Positions 17,935-29,603 of a stretch of DNA of 64,000 nucleotides are shown here, piece after piece; position 1 is the first letter of the stretch, and the number at the start of each line of letters is the position of its first letter. The position numbers and the translations under genes are program-made. Source of the DNA: Patescibacteria group bacterium (GTDB taxonomy: Bacteria > Patescibacteriota > Patescibacteriia > Buchananbacterales > GWA2-38-13); NCBI GenBank assembly GCA_028712155.1, contig JAQTQO010000001.1, forward strand, positions 1,501 to 65,500, given 5' to 3'. Under the pieces are notes generated by a model, which was given only the letters and a program-made list of their open reading frames with translations, was not told where the DNA came from and searched no databases.

Positions 17935-19341
17935 GTGTGTGGGATCGCAGGGTATGCCGTACGGAGAGGAAACGCGGCAGCGCAGGTGCTCAGAATGCAG
18001 GTCGAATTGGAAGGTCGCGGCCAGCATTCAGCCGGAGTCCATGCACTCGGACCGGACGGTACCATCCGGTATCAAAACCGTCTTGGCCCGCCAAGCCACT
18101 TGATCCAGCGCGTCAACTGCGCCGGGTATCCCGGCTGCATGGCGATCGGGCATAACCGGTATGCCACGGCCGGGACGCTGGCGGATGCGCAACCGCTCTG
18201 GGGGAGGATCAACGACCGCCAGATCTCGCTCGCGGTCAACGGCGACACGGTACGGATCGACGGCATGACGGTCGCCGAATATCGGCGCTCGCTGCGGACG
18301 GTGTTTCGTGCCGATTCGGATACGGAAGTGCTGCTGCATTTGGTCGCGCAGATGCCAGGTCTGGATCTCGTGGAAATGCTGCAGAACGCGTTTCGTCGCG
18401 TCGAGGGCGCCTGGAGCTTGCTGGCGCTTCTCAATGACGGCCGGATGGTCGCAATGCGCGACCCGTGGGGCTTCCGTCCGCTCTGGATGGGCCGTGGCAA
18501 GGGCTGCGTGGCGTTCGCTTCCGAAGATTGCGCACTCCCGCGGGAAGCCAGCCGACGCTGTGAGGTCGCGCCGGGCGAGATGATCATCGTCGGACCGGGA
18601 CTCGTCGTTGAACGTCGGACATACGCGCCGCCAGCAGAGCGCCTGTTTAGGTGCTCATTCGAAGAGGTCTACTTCAAAAGCCCGGGCAGTCGCGGCGTGT
18701 ACCGATTTCGGACCGCATGCGGGAAAGCAACGGCCGAGGAGATGATGCGTGCTGATGCGGTTCCCGCCTGCCTGGACGGCGTCGTACCGGTACTGGATTC
18801 CGGGCGCGATGGCGGAAATGCCGTTGCCTACCGGCTGGGGCTGCCGGTCATCTGCGGTGTCAACCGCACCCGCCTCAGCAAGGGTTTCCGGGCGTTCCAG
18901 GGACACACCGAAGCGGCACGCCGCAAAATCGCATTCGGGAAACACGCCCCTAACCGCGAAGCGATCCGCGGGAAGCGGATTCTGCTGGTCGAAGATTCGA
19001 TTGTGCGCGGAGACACGCTCATAGTGCTCATCGCGATGCTGCGTGCCGCCGGAGCGCGCGAGGTCCACGTCGCGGTCGTATCGCCGCGGATCACCGGTCC
19101 CTGCTACTACGGAATCGCCACGCCCAAGCGCGAGAAGCTGATCGCCGCAAACCTCGATATGGAGGAAACCCGTAATAAGCTCGGGGCCGATTCACTCTTT
19201 CATCTTTCCGTCGCCGGGTTTCAGGCAAACTACCACCTGCTCAGCATCGCCGGTTTCCGGGAGCATCTGACCGCCGGCCGTGACGTCTGTGACGCGTGCC
19301 TGACCGGCGACTACCCGCCGTTCGTTTTGCCGGGCGCATAA
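17935..19341 (+). CDS. purF: Amidophosphoribosyltransferase-like (class-II glutamine amidotransferase + PRTase domains), GTG start
   Basis: The MCGIAG N-terminal nucleophile requires GTG 17935. A GAAGGAGG SD sits at 17921-28, and an ATG at 17930 lies in another frame. Further motifs are YPGCMAIGHNRYATAG and C-terminal …ILLVEDSIVRGDTL…. Confidence 0.7.
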   Translation: MCGIAGYAVRRGNAAAQVLRMQVELEGRGQHSAGVHALGPDGTIRYQNRLGPPSHLIQRVNCAGYPGCMAIGHNRYATAGTLADAQPLWGRINDRQISLAVNGDTVRIDGMTVAEYRRSLRTVFRADSDTEVLLHLVAQMPGLDLVEMLQNAFRRVEGAWSLLALLNDGRMVAMRDPWGFRPLWMGRGKGCVAFASEDCALPREASRRCEVAPGEMIIVGPGLVVERRTYAPPAERLFRCSFEEVYFKSPGSRGVYRFRTACGKATAEEMMRADAVPACLDGVVPVLDSGRDGGNAVAYRLGLPVICGVNRTRLSKGFRAFQGHTEAARRKIAFGKHAPNREAIRGKRILLVEDSIVRGDTLIVLIAMLRAAGAREVHVAVVSPRITGPCYYGIATPKREKLIAANLDMEETRNKLGADSLFHLSVAGFQANYHLLSIAGFREHLTAGRDVCDACLTGDYPPFVLPGA

Positions 19342-19372
19342 CCCCGATTCGTCGAACTTTGCATACCACGCA

Positions 19373-19401
19373 AGAGAGCCTCACCTGAGGCTCTCTTTTT
19401 T
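19373..19401 (+). terminator. Intrinsic terminator between convergent purF-like and cyclophilin genes
   Basis: AGAGAGCCTCA-CC-TGAGGCTCTCT 11-bp stem followed by TTTTTT. Confidence 0.7.
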
Positions 19402-19427
19402 GTCGGGAGATTACTTGCGATGCCGTT

Positions 19428-20057
19428 TTACAGGACGGTCACTTTTTTTACGATGACATCGTTGAGCGGGCGATCGTTCGCGTCGACTTTGACTTGGCCG
19501 ATTTTTTCCACCACATCCATGCCGCCGACAACCTGGCCGAAGTTCGTATGCTTGCCGTCGAGCCACGGGGTCGCTTCTTTCGTGACGATAAAGAATTGGC
19601 TGCCGTTCGTATCCGGCCCACGGTTGGCCATGGCGAGCGACCCGCGCACGAGTTTACGGCTGTTGATCTCATCGGCGAACATTTCGTCGGGGCCGCCGGT
19701 TCCCCAGCGATCTTTGCTGGCAACATCCTTGCTGAGGGGGTCGCCGCCCTGAATCATGAAGTCATTAATCACGCGATGAAACCGCGTACCGTCATAGTAA
19801 CCGCTCTGCGCCAGGCGGACGAAGTTCGCGACGGTATTGGGCGCATCGCCGGGGTAGAGATCAAGCGTAATGTTGCCGAGCGTCGTTTCCATTTTTACCT
19901 GGATCGGTTCGGTCGGAGTCGCCGATGCTTCCGCCGCCGCGGCCGGGGTTGGTTGGACGGGAACCGTACCGACGGTGGCGTCAGGTTGCCGCGTGCAGGC
20001 AACCACAACGGGCGCAACGGACAGCAGAGCGATAATGGTTTTTCTCATAGTTGGCAT
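19428..20057 (-). CDS. Cyclophilin-type peptidyl-prolyl cis-trans isomerase, predicted lipoprotein
   Basis: Cyclophilin core (…FHRVINDFMIQGGDP…) and an N-terminal signal with a VVAC lipobox. An alternative start is MRK at 20048. Confidence 0.8.
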   Translation of the reverse strand: MPTMRKTIIALLSVAPVVVACTRQPDATVGTVPVQPTPAAAAEASATPTEPIQVKMETTLGNITLDLYPGDAPNTVANFVRLAQSGYYDGTRFHRVINDFMIQGGDPLSKDVASKDRWGTGGPDEMFADEINSRKLVRGSLAMANRGPDTNGSQFFIVTKEATPWLDGKHTNFGQVVGGMDVVEKIGQVKVDANDRPLNDVIVKKVTVL

Positions 20058-20294
20058 GAACGAATTTGCTATTAGTGCGGCAATTGCCGCTGAATAAATA
20101 TGGGGCGAATATTCTGTGCTGGTGCTTCGGTGCCTGGATGCATGGCAAATTTTTTTGTCCTTGACAAGTGAATCCTCGCAATCCTATGTAAAATGCAAAG
20201 CCAAAACATGGGGATAACTGTAGCCGTGGTGCGGATGTCAGTGATGACAATTGGTGTTCAGTCACATAGGATTAGGGCATTTTCCCGCACAATG

Positions 20295-20365
20295 CTGGGG
20301 GGGATGGAATCGAACCATCATTCGCAGCTCCAAAGGCTGCTGTCCTGCCATTAGACGACCCCCCA
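20295..20365 (-). tRNA. tRNA-Gln (anticodon UUG)
   Basis: Manual fold of the reverse strand gives acceptor UGGGGGG/CCCCCCA with U1:A72 and G73, D-stem GTCT/GGAC, anticodon stem GCAGC/GCTGC with loop CTTTGGA, and T-arm GATGG-TTCGATT-CCATC. CCA is not encoded. Confidence 0.75.
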
Positions 20366-20496
20366 GCGATGTGCGCGAGTGGTAATGGAGATTGAAACGT
20401 TCAAAAGACCATCCTCATCAGCATCGTTTGTTCAACATACACGAGGCCGCCCGAAGCTTCGGGCGGCAGCACCTGCGCCAAGCACACGGGTCACGA

Positions 20497-20784
20497 CTAC
20501 CCGTAACGTTGCAGGTGGTGAAATTTTCGAATGGCGAGAATCCCGGCGATCGCAAGTATTATGCCGAGGTAGCCGATCACCAACGTTTTCATGGAGATCG
20601 ACACATTTTGGCCGATGATGAAATTTGCCACCTCGATGATCAGCAGCATGGCCATGAGCACCATGATGATAAATGCCACCATGATGACGGAGAGAATTGT
20701 TTCGAGCAATCGGCCGGCGTACATAGCGTGATAACGCGCGTGGTTACCGCTTCCATCGTACCCAGTCCCGCGTAGTTCTGTCAA
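20497..20784 (-). CDS. Small hydrophobic membrane protein (hypothetical)
   Basis: The 95-aa ORF has two strongly hydrophobic segments. The overlapping plus-strand ORF is His-rich and artefact-like. Confidence 0.35.
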   Translation of the reverse strand: MTELRGTGYDGSGNHARYHAMYAGRLLETILSVIMVAFIIMVLMAMLLIIEVANFIIGQNVSISMKTLVIGYLGIILAIAGILAIRKFHHLQRYG

Positions 20785-20796
20785 TGACGTCTGCCG

Positions 20797-21732
20797 CTAG
20801 ACTTTGAGGTAGCGCCGGATCGCGATCGTTGATGCGACGACGTTCAGGAGCGTGATGCCAACCAGCTGCAGACCGAAGATGGTGAAGAAATTCTCGGTGA
20901 AATATTGGGCGAGATTGAGCGGCGTACCGGTGAAAAAATTTTGCAGCTGGGGCTGAATGCCGTTGATGCCGATCAAGGTCACAACGGCGGTAATCACGGA
21001 AGCGATGAGCGCATACAAAACGCCTTCCACCACGAACGGGGCAGTGATGATGGCGTTACTGGCGCCGACAAGTTTCATGATGGCAATTTCCTCACGATGG
21101 GTGTAGATAGTTACCCGGATGGTGTTGAATGCGATCAAAATAGCTATCACCACAAAGAACAAGCTGATGGCGAGTCCGGTGCGGTTCACCCGCGACGCGA
21201 TCGCGATAATTTCATCGATCGTTGCGCGGTGCGTACTGAAATTTTCTTCCGTCACCAAACCTTTGTACGGAGAGCGATCAAGGATTTTGGCAATCTCGGG
21301 GTAATCCTCCGGCTGGTGCGCGGTGACAATGAGCGTCGCGCCGAGCGGGTTTTCACCCAAATCCTCGAGCGCCTGAAGAATCATCGCATCGTCGCTATGC
21401 CGGAGCCTGAGCTCCTGCAGTGCGACGGCGGGAGAAATGTAACGGACGCTTGCCACCTGTGAAAGCTTGGCGAGGTAGTCTTGAACTTCGAGTACGGTGG
21501 CTTCATCGGCTCCCGGATCAAAATAGATACTGATGTCAATTTTTTGCTGCAGCGATTTGACCGCGGAATCGGCAACCACATTGAGTGCGAGCAGTGTGTT
21601 GACGGTCAGGCTGGCCAGTACGATGATGCTGACGGTGGCGACGGAGAGCCAAAAATTGCGCCAAAATCCCTGCCAGGCGAACCGGACGATGCGGTAGAGC
21701 GTCACAATAATCATAGGATGCGATCCCGTCAT
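20797..21732 (-). CDS. ftsX: Cell division permease FtsX
   Basis: Four-TM topology with a C-terminal FtsX-like region; it overlaps ftsE by 4 nt. Confidence 0.8.
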   Translation of the reverse strand: MTGSHPMIIVTLYRIVRFAWQGFWRNFWLSVATVSIIVLASLTVNTLLALNVVADSAVKSLQQKIDISIYFDPGADEATVLEVQDYLAKLSQVASVRYISPAVALQELRLRHSDDAMILQALEDLGENPLGATLIVTAHQPEDYPEIAKILDRSPYKGLVTEENFSTHRATIDEIIAIASRVNRTGLAISLFFVVIAILIAFNTIRVTIYTHREEIAIMKLVGASNAIITAPFVVEGVLYALIASVITAVVTLIGINGIQPQLQNFFTGTPLNLAQYFTENFFTIFGLQLVGITLLNVVASTIAIRRYLKV

Positions 21733-22415
21733 TCTAAGCGGTATCGGCCAACCGCCTGGTCGGAGACGATCTTGCCGTCATCAAGCACGATCACGCGGCG
21801 CCGGATGTGGTTCACGAGCGACTGGTCATGGCTGACGAGCAGCACCGTGGTGCCGATCTGGTTGATTTTCAGCAGGAGCGCAATAATTTCCTGCGAGGTC
21901 ATCGCGTCGAGGTTGCCGGTCGGTTCGTCGGCAACCAGAATTTTTGGACCGTGCGCTAATGCCCGGGCGATAGCGACGCGCTGTTGTTCGCCTCCGGAGA
22001 GATGGATGGGAAAGCGATCCAGCTTATCTTCGAGGCCGACGATCTTGAGCACTTCCGGCACAATGCGTCGGATGCGCGAGGGCCGCGCACCGATAACCTG
22101 GAGCGCGAATGCGACGTTTTCCAGCACCGTTTTTTTTGGCAACAGTTTGAAATCCTGGAAGACGACGCCGATTTGCCGCCGGAGGTAGGGGATTTCACGG
22201 TGCCGGATGCGGGTAATGTCCCAGCCGCCGACCGTAACCTGGCCTTCGGTCGCGCGGGTTTCCGCGGTCAAAATTTTTACCAACGTGGTTTTCCCCGTCC
22301 CGCTTTTTCCCACGATGGAAACAAATTCACCCGGCGCGACGTCAAATGTCACATTCGCCAGCGCGATCGTCCGTTCGGGGTAAAAAATTTTGGAAACACC
22401 GCGGAAATTGATCAT
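21729..22415 (-). CDS. ftsE: Cell division ATP-binding protein FtsE
   Basis: ABC ATPase with GKSGTGKTT Walker A, LSGGEQQR signature and ILVADEPTGNLD. Confidence 0.85.
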   Translation of the reverse strand: MINFRGVSKIFYPERTIALANVTFDVAPGEFVSIVGKSGTGKTTLVKILTAETRATEGQVTVGGWDITRIRHREIPYLRRQIGVVFQDFKLLPKKTVLENVAFALQVIGARPSRIRRIVPEVLKIVGLEDKLDRFPIHLSGGEQQRVAIARALAHGPKILVADEPTGNLDAMTSQEIIALLLKINQIGTTVLLVSHDQSLVNHIRRRVIVLDDGKIVSDQAVGRYRLE

Positions 22416-22688
22416 GGAATATTGCGCTCAATGATTTTCTCGTCTAAACGGCCGGTAAAGGTCTGACTTGAAAGGCGTTACGGGTTGCGGTATATTGGTA
22501 TCCTGAAGCGAGTGGCCGTTTCGGTCAAGGGCAAACAGGCGGCGCGGTGAACATTTCTGCGGCAAGAATCTCGGTAAAATCGTCGCGCCGTGCCAGTATC
22601 AGCCCCTTTGAACTTACCCACAACCGGCGACGTTTTGACGGGAATATCTTCGTACCGAGGAGTATCCCGAGACTCATCGGAAGCAGGC

Positions 22689-22736
22689 GCGGGATTAGTA
22701 CCATGGTAGTACGTCGGCTTCCCAAGCCGAAGACGC
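22689..22736 (+). pseudogene. Truncated copy of the 5' 48 nt of tRNA-Gly(CCC), followed by an inverted copy of the tRNA 3' end/flank
   Basis: Positions 22689-22736 are identical to the first 48 nt of the intact tRNA-Gly at 22771 apart from one mismatch, after which the sequence diverges. Positions 22743-22766 are the reverse complement of 22834-22853 (ATCCCgCTGAATGGTGTGG). Confidence 0.6.
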
Positions 22737-22770
22737 AAGCCTGCCCCCCACACCATTCAGTGGGATCTAG

Positions 22771-22841
22771 GCGGGATTAGTACAATGGTAGTACGTCGGC
22801 TTCCCAAGCCGAAGACGCGAGTTCGATTCTCGTATCCCGCT
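22771..22841 (+). tRNA. tRNA-Gly (anticodon CCC)
   Basis: Acceptor GCGGGAT/ATCCCGC, D-stem GTAC/GTAC, anticodon stem TCGGC/GCCGA with loop TTCCCAA, and T-arm GCGAG-TTCGATT-CTCGT. Confidence 0.8.
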
Positions 22842-22940
22842 GAATGGTGTGGTGGCGTATCCCGCTCATTGCTGGGCTGGGCGGACGGGGCGTGGTGACG
22901 GCGAAATGGACAGCAGTGGATCAATCCGCGGCTGCCTTAA

Positions 22941-23015
22941 GCCGAAGTAGCTCAATGGCAGAGCAGTGCTTTCGTAAAGCAAAGGTTGTGGGTTCGACTC
23001 CCACCTTCGGCTCCA
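22941..23015 (+). tRNA. tRNA-Thr (anticodon CGU), CCA encoded
   Basis: Acceptor GCCGAAG/CTTCGGC, D-arm GCTC-AATGGCA-GAGC, anticodon loop TTCGTAA, T-arm GTGGG-TTCGACT-CCCAC, then T-CCA. Confidence 0.75.
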
Positions 23016-23058
23016 GGCAATCGCGTATTCATCTTTTGGGAAATGAGCGGCGACGGAC

Positions 23059-23919
23059 TCATCGCGGCGTACCGTTCCGGGGTCGGGTGAACAAACGTCG
23101 TAACGTTGATCGACGGACAGTTGGTCGGATGATGTGGATCACTCCGATAAGTTTTGCGTTTACCAGCACCGGAGAGGAAGTGATATCGAGCTGCACCCGG
23201 GTACCGTCGAGGAGCAGAAAGGGGCAGTTGACCAGAGTAACTTTTCTGCCGGTGTTGAGTACCTCCTGCGTCGGCCACTGCACCGGAGGGACGGCTTTCC
23301 CGTGTTGATCAAGCAGCGTATAGAGCGCGGTGTGGTGCTTGCCGAGCGCGCGCTGCAGGTCGATGTGCAAGAGGCGTTCGGCCTGGGGGTTTATCAGCAG
23401 GACTTTGCTCTCCGGATCGACCGCGATCAATCCTTCGCCGATGCTCTCCAGCAGCGCCTGATCGCGCACGCGGAGTTCATCAATCGCCGCGTAGAGTTCG
23501 AACAGTTTGCGATTCTGCGCCTGGATTTCTCCCTGCGCGCGCTTTCGTTCCGTGATGTCGATCTCAATGCTCACAAACCCGCGGAGAGCGCCGTTTTTGC
23601 CGAGGATCGGCGCGATCCGGACATCGGCGATATACATCTCGCCGTTTTTCCTCCGGTTGGTAATTTCACCGGTGTACCGTCGCCGGTCGTCCTTTATCGT
23701 CCGCCACATGGCGGCGTAGTATTCTTTGGACATCTGCTGGCCCCAGAGCCGCGGGTTTCCTCCGATCAGTTGATCGCGCGTGTACCCGGTGATTTTTTCC
23801 GCCGCGGCGTTGGCGTACAATATGGTGCCGTTGACGTCGGTGTAAATAATCTGCACCGGCGCATTTTCCGCGGCGAGCTGAAAATCGATCTCTTTTTTGG
23901 GAGCGGGTTTGCCGGCCAT
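23059..23919 (-). CDS. Tandem PAS-domain protein without recognizable output domain
   Basis: The PAS S-box (…ILYANAAAEKITGYTRDQLIGGNPRLW…) is followed by a second PAS-like segment. The start is placed at the internal ATG 23919 (MAGKPAPKK…), downstream of the neighbouring gene's stop. Confidence 0.6.
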   Translation of the reverse strand: MAGKPAPKKEIDFQLAAENAPVQIIYTDVNGTILYANAAAEKITGYTRDQLIGGNPRLWGQQMSKEYYAAMWRTIKDDRRRYTGEITNRRKNGEMYIADVRIAPILGKNGALRGFVSIEIDITERKRAQGEIQAQNRKLFELYAAIDELRVRDQALLESIGEGLIAVDPESKVLLINPQAERLLHIDLQRALGKHHTALYTLLDQHGKAVPPVQWPTQEVLNTGRKVTLVNCPFLLLDGTRVQLDITSSPVLVNAKLIGVIHIIRPTVRRSTLRRLFTRPRNGTPR

Positions 23920-23932
23920 AGCATCCGATGAG

Positions 23933-25222
23933 TTAGGGAACAAGCGTTCGGACGGAAAACGTTTGCAGTTCTTGGGCAAGGAGCGTTTCCAGGCTCGGGT
24001 TCGGCGGGAGAAGAATATGCAATACGTGGATGCGTTCTTCGCCCGGTGTTGCTCCCGATAAGTGCTCAAGCACCATCAGCAGGTGGTAACCGTCGACGGA
24101 ACGGACCGGCGGAGAAATTTCGTTGACGCCCAAGGCGCTGGCTGCGGCAAACAGCGCCGGGTCGAGGTCGTTGGCGCCGCGAAAGCCGAGATCACCGTCG
24201 GATGAAACCCGCTCGTCGCGGTTGTAGCGCGCCACGGCATCCGCAAAGGTCATCTCTTTGGCGAGAATTTTATTCCGGATGTCATTGGCTTGCTGCTCGG
24301 CGTTCCGCCAGCTGGTCGGGTCGGTCAAAACTTGGGTTTGCACGGCTTGCCGGAGCAAGTAGGGTTCCAACAGCCGTCGGCGGAAGTCTTCAATACTCCA
24401 GCCGGGAAAATTGTTGGCAAGTTCCGCAGCTAACCTTTCCGGGCTGCCCAACTCCTGGATAAGCGCGTCGAGTTGCCGTTGCGATTCTGCCGGAGTGACG
24501 GTGATGTTGAGGCGGCTGGCAAGGCGACGAAATGCCACGCGCTGCGTGAAATTCGCGATAACCTTCCGATGGATATCGGCGGCCGTGAGGTTCTGATGCT
24601 GTGCAGCTGCTGATCTTGCCAGGAGCTCGGATTCATTCAGGAAATCGGACAGCCGCAACGTTTCATCACCGGCGTATGCAGCCGGTAACGGGAATATGCG
24701 CGCAATACTTTTGACGATCGGATGCGACCAGCCGTAACGGTAGGTGCCAACTAAAAATACCAGGGTAGCGGTAAATAACCCCGCACTCACCAGCAGAAAT
24801 GCCATCGCGTAAACAGGCCGCGGCGTGCGCTTGGGGCGGATCCGTGGTTCCGGCAGCAGCCCGTTGATTTTTCCGTCGGGCTTTTTTGCAACCTCCGGAA
24901 TTTTTGTAACGCGGGGCGGTGATTTTCTCCGCACCGTCGCCGTCGGGCGCGGCAGGAGGGCTGGGTTTGACGCCGCAATGCGGTCCGGCTGTTTTGTCGC
25001 GGTCGGGCTTTGCTTCTTTTCCTTTACCGGAAGTGTCGGCTCAAAAGTCTTTGTGCGCGTAGCGGTACGTTTTTTCCGTACGACGCGCTTCGGGCTTTCC
25101 CCGGCCGGAGGCGGGGACGACCCGCGCTCTTTTTCCATCTCCAGCCAGCGAAGGACTTCGCGGCGCATGCTCGCAAGTTCTTCATCGCTGAATGTCCCCT
25201 TTGGCGGCGTAGGTTCCGTCAT
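23933..25222 (-). CDS. Membrane-anchored PpiC/parvulin-type peptidyl-prolyl isomerase (PrsA/SurA-like foldase) with K/R/P-rich N-terminal tail
   Basis: The C-terminal parvulin motif is …SDGDLGFRGANDLDPALF…GYHLLMVLEH…. There is a single TM (AMAFLLVSAGLFTATLVFLV). The start is uncertain (25222 or 25279). Confidence 0.65.
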   Translation of the reverse strand: MTEPTPPKGTFSDEELASMRREVLRWLEMEKERGSSPPPAGESPKRVVRKKRTATRTKTFEPTLPVKEKKQSPTATKQPDRIAASNPALLPRPTATVRRKSPPRVTKIPEVAKKPDGKINGLLPEPRIRPKRTPRPVYAMAFLLVSAGLFTATLVFLVGTYRYGWSHPIVKSIARIFPLPAAYAGDETLRLSDFLNESELLARSAAAQHQNLTAADIHRKVIANFTQRVAFRRLASRLNITVTPAESQRQLDALIQELGSPERLAAELANNFPGWSIEDFRRRLLEPYLLRQAVQTQVLTDPTSWRNAEQQANDIRNKILAKEMTFADAVARYNRDERVSSDGDLGFRGANDLDPALFAAASALGVNEISPPVRSVDGYHLLMVLEHLSGATPGEERIHVLHILLPPNPSLETLLAQELQTFSVRTLVP

Positions 25223-25293
25223 AGTTTTGATCCGGTGTGGTTGGTGATCAATGCGATCGAAACGTTCTCCCTGCTGCACGAACCGTACATATA

Positions 25294-25689
25294 TTATCCG
25301 TCCGTCCGCCGGCTAAAAAAGTAGGTCCACCAGGCACGGAGCGGCGTCTGCTGTTCGGGTACCGGCGAACTGGCCGCGCGAGCGGGCGAGCCGATCGAAC
25401 CGGCCTGATCGGGCGGGATGACCATCACGCTTTCGCCCGGCTTGGTCAGTCCCAGCTCGAGGCGGGCCCGCGTTTCCGCATACCCGGCGGAATCGAAATA
25501 CTTCAGCAGGTCGGCCATCTGAATATTGCGGGTTTGCAGCGTCGCGGCTTCCTGGCGCAGGGCGTTGAGTTCAGTTTCAACTCCCTGGGCATGCTGGTAG
25601 TCAAACCAATAGTAGTACCCGACGACGGCGATCAGGCAGCATCCGATAATTATGACGATGAGGTAGCGAAATGACGTGCGCTGTGGCAT
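25294..25689 (-). CDS. Septum formation initiator family protein (FtsB/DivIC-like)
   Basis: The 131-aa protein has an N-terminal TM and a coiled coil (…ETELNALRQEAATLQTRNIQMADLLKY…). Confidence 0.55.
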   Translation of the reverse strand: MPQRTSFRYLIVIIIGCCLIAVVGYYYWFDYQHAQGVETELNALRQEAATLQTRNIQMADLLKYFDSAGYAETRARLELGLTKPGESVMVIPPDQAGSIGSPARAASSPVPEQQTPLRAWWTYFFSRRTDG

Positions 25690-25783
25690 ACGGAGTAACC
25701 ATCATGGCCTGGTCATCAGTATAGCGGAATTTTTGGCGTTAAACTAGCGGTCAACGCACCATTCCGTTGTGACGAATATCGGC

Positions 25784-28492
<2,709 letters not shown>

Positions 28493-28499
28493 GCGATTA

Positions 28500-28508
28500 A
28501 TTATATCA
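28500..28508 (-). promoter_or_regulatory. Extended -10 (TGaTATAAT) on the minus strand, 7 nt upstream of the P-type ATPase ATG; candidate leaderless promoter
   Basis: The reverse complement of 28500-28508 reads TGATATAAT, and the ATG lies at 28490-28492. Confidence 0.35.
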
Positions 28509-28699
28509 TATTCACGCTGCGCGCGGTGAGGGTTTGCTGCATCGCCCCGCGGGCAGGCGTACTTCGATGTAGCCGGATGTACGACCGCCGGCGAGAAATT
28601 TTTTTGCGAAACGCGGCACGTTTACTAAATTGACATTATTTGCTATCGTATTTTTGTTATCTGCCGTGTACTGCGGGGGCGGCAGAAGATATGCGGTTA

Positions 28700-28770
28700 G
28701 CGGATTTTCGGGTCCATAGCTCAGTGGTAGAGCAGCGGCCTTTTAAGCCGATGATGAGGGTTCGATTCCC
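28700..28770 (+). tRNA. tRNA-Lys (anticodon UUU)
   Basis: Acceptor GGGTCCA/TGGACCC, D-arm GCTC-AGTGGTA-GAGC, anticodon loop CTTTTAA, and T-arm GAGGG-TTCGATT-CCCCC. Confidence 0.75.
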
Positions 28771-28790
28771 CCTGGACCCATAAGATTTGT

Positions 28791-29603
28791 ATGTTCTCAG
28801 CGCTGTGGCATAACGTGGTTTTTAACCCGTTGTACAATTTTTTGATGTACCTGTATTTCTACCACGCCAACTTCAATCTGGGGTGGGCGGTGGTGTACAT
28901 GACGCTCATTTTGCGTCTTTTACTGGTACCGTTTTCGGTCATCACCGAGCGCGGTAAGGAATTCTACCGTCGTATCAGCGACAAGGTTACCGAGGCCCAA
29001 AAGGATTACGCGGATGATCAAGTGAAACAAAAAACCGTCATCCGCGATTTGTTGCGTCAGAATAAAATACGTCCATGGTCGAACCTCATCGTCCTGCTTT
29101 TCCACGTGCTCATTCTCGTCGCTTTCTACCAGGTATTCGTGGGCGGCATGAAAGTCGGGGCCATTGTGGATTCGCTGTACCCGTCGATTCCCCGGCCTGA
29201 CGTCATCAATACGAATTGGATATGCTTCGGTTGGGGGCCTGGCGCGCCGTGCCTGGACATCAAGGAGCGAAGCCTGCCGTTTGCCGCCGTGGTCGCCGTC
29301 GTGCTGTTTATCGAAATCACGCTGGGTCAGCGGGGCCGCAAAGGCCGTTTGACGCAGCAGGAGATTGTTTACCGCTTCCTGTTCCCCGCGTTTACCTTCG
29401 TCGCGTTGGGCTTGCTGCCGTCGGTCAAGTCGCTGTTCATTTTGACTTCCTTGCTGTTTTCCATTATGATTAGCCTGGGTGGGACGCTGTTTTGGGGTTT
29501 TGGAACCCGCCGCAAAGCGAAAGGAGAACGTCAGGCTGCCATGAACGCGGCGGCGCGTGATCCGTTCGATAATAATTTCCACTATGGCCGACAGCCTCGA
29601 TAA
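28791..29603 (+). CDS. yidC: Membrane protein insertase YidC/Oxa1 family (short form)
   Basis: The 270-aa polytopic protein has a YidC core pattern (…NLGWAVVYMTLILRLLLVP…) and a basic C-terminal tail. Confidence 0.7.
   Translation: MFSALWHNVVFNPLYNFLMYLYFYHANFNLGWAVVYMTLILRLLLVPFSVITERGKEFYRRISDKVTEAQKDYADDQVKQKTVIRDLLRQNKIRPWSNLIVLLFHVLILVAFYQVFVGGMKVGAIVDSLYPSIPRPDVINTNWICFGWGPGAPCLDIKERSLPFAAVVAVVLFIEITLGQRGRKGRLTQQEIVYRFLFPAFTFVALGLLPSVKSLFILTSLLFSIMISLGGTLFWGFGTRRKAKGERQAAMNAAARDPFDNNFHYGRQPR

Noticed and set aside
17912-18103. ORF starting with strong SD + ATG (17930) upstream of purF
   Set aside because: It is in a different frame from the conserved MCGIAG N-terminus of the amidotransferase and only 57 codons long. 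It is kept as a note in the findings rather than called a gene.
20392-20775. 127-aa His/Asp-rich plus-strand ORF
   Set aside because: It lies antisense to a more plausible hydrophobic membrane ORF, and its composition (runs of H, D, E) looks like a frame artefact.
22689-23015. Genomic island or mobile element inserted at the tRNA-Gly/tRNA-Thr cluster
   Set aside because: No integrase, transposase or phage-like gene is adjacent; downstream is a PAS protein and housekeeping foldases. Only the duplicated tRNA fragment is reported.
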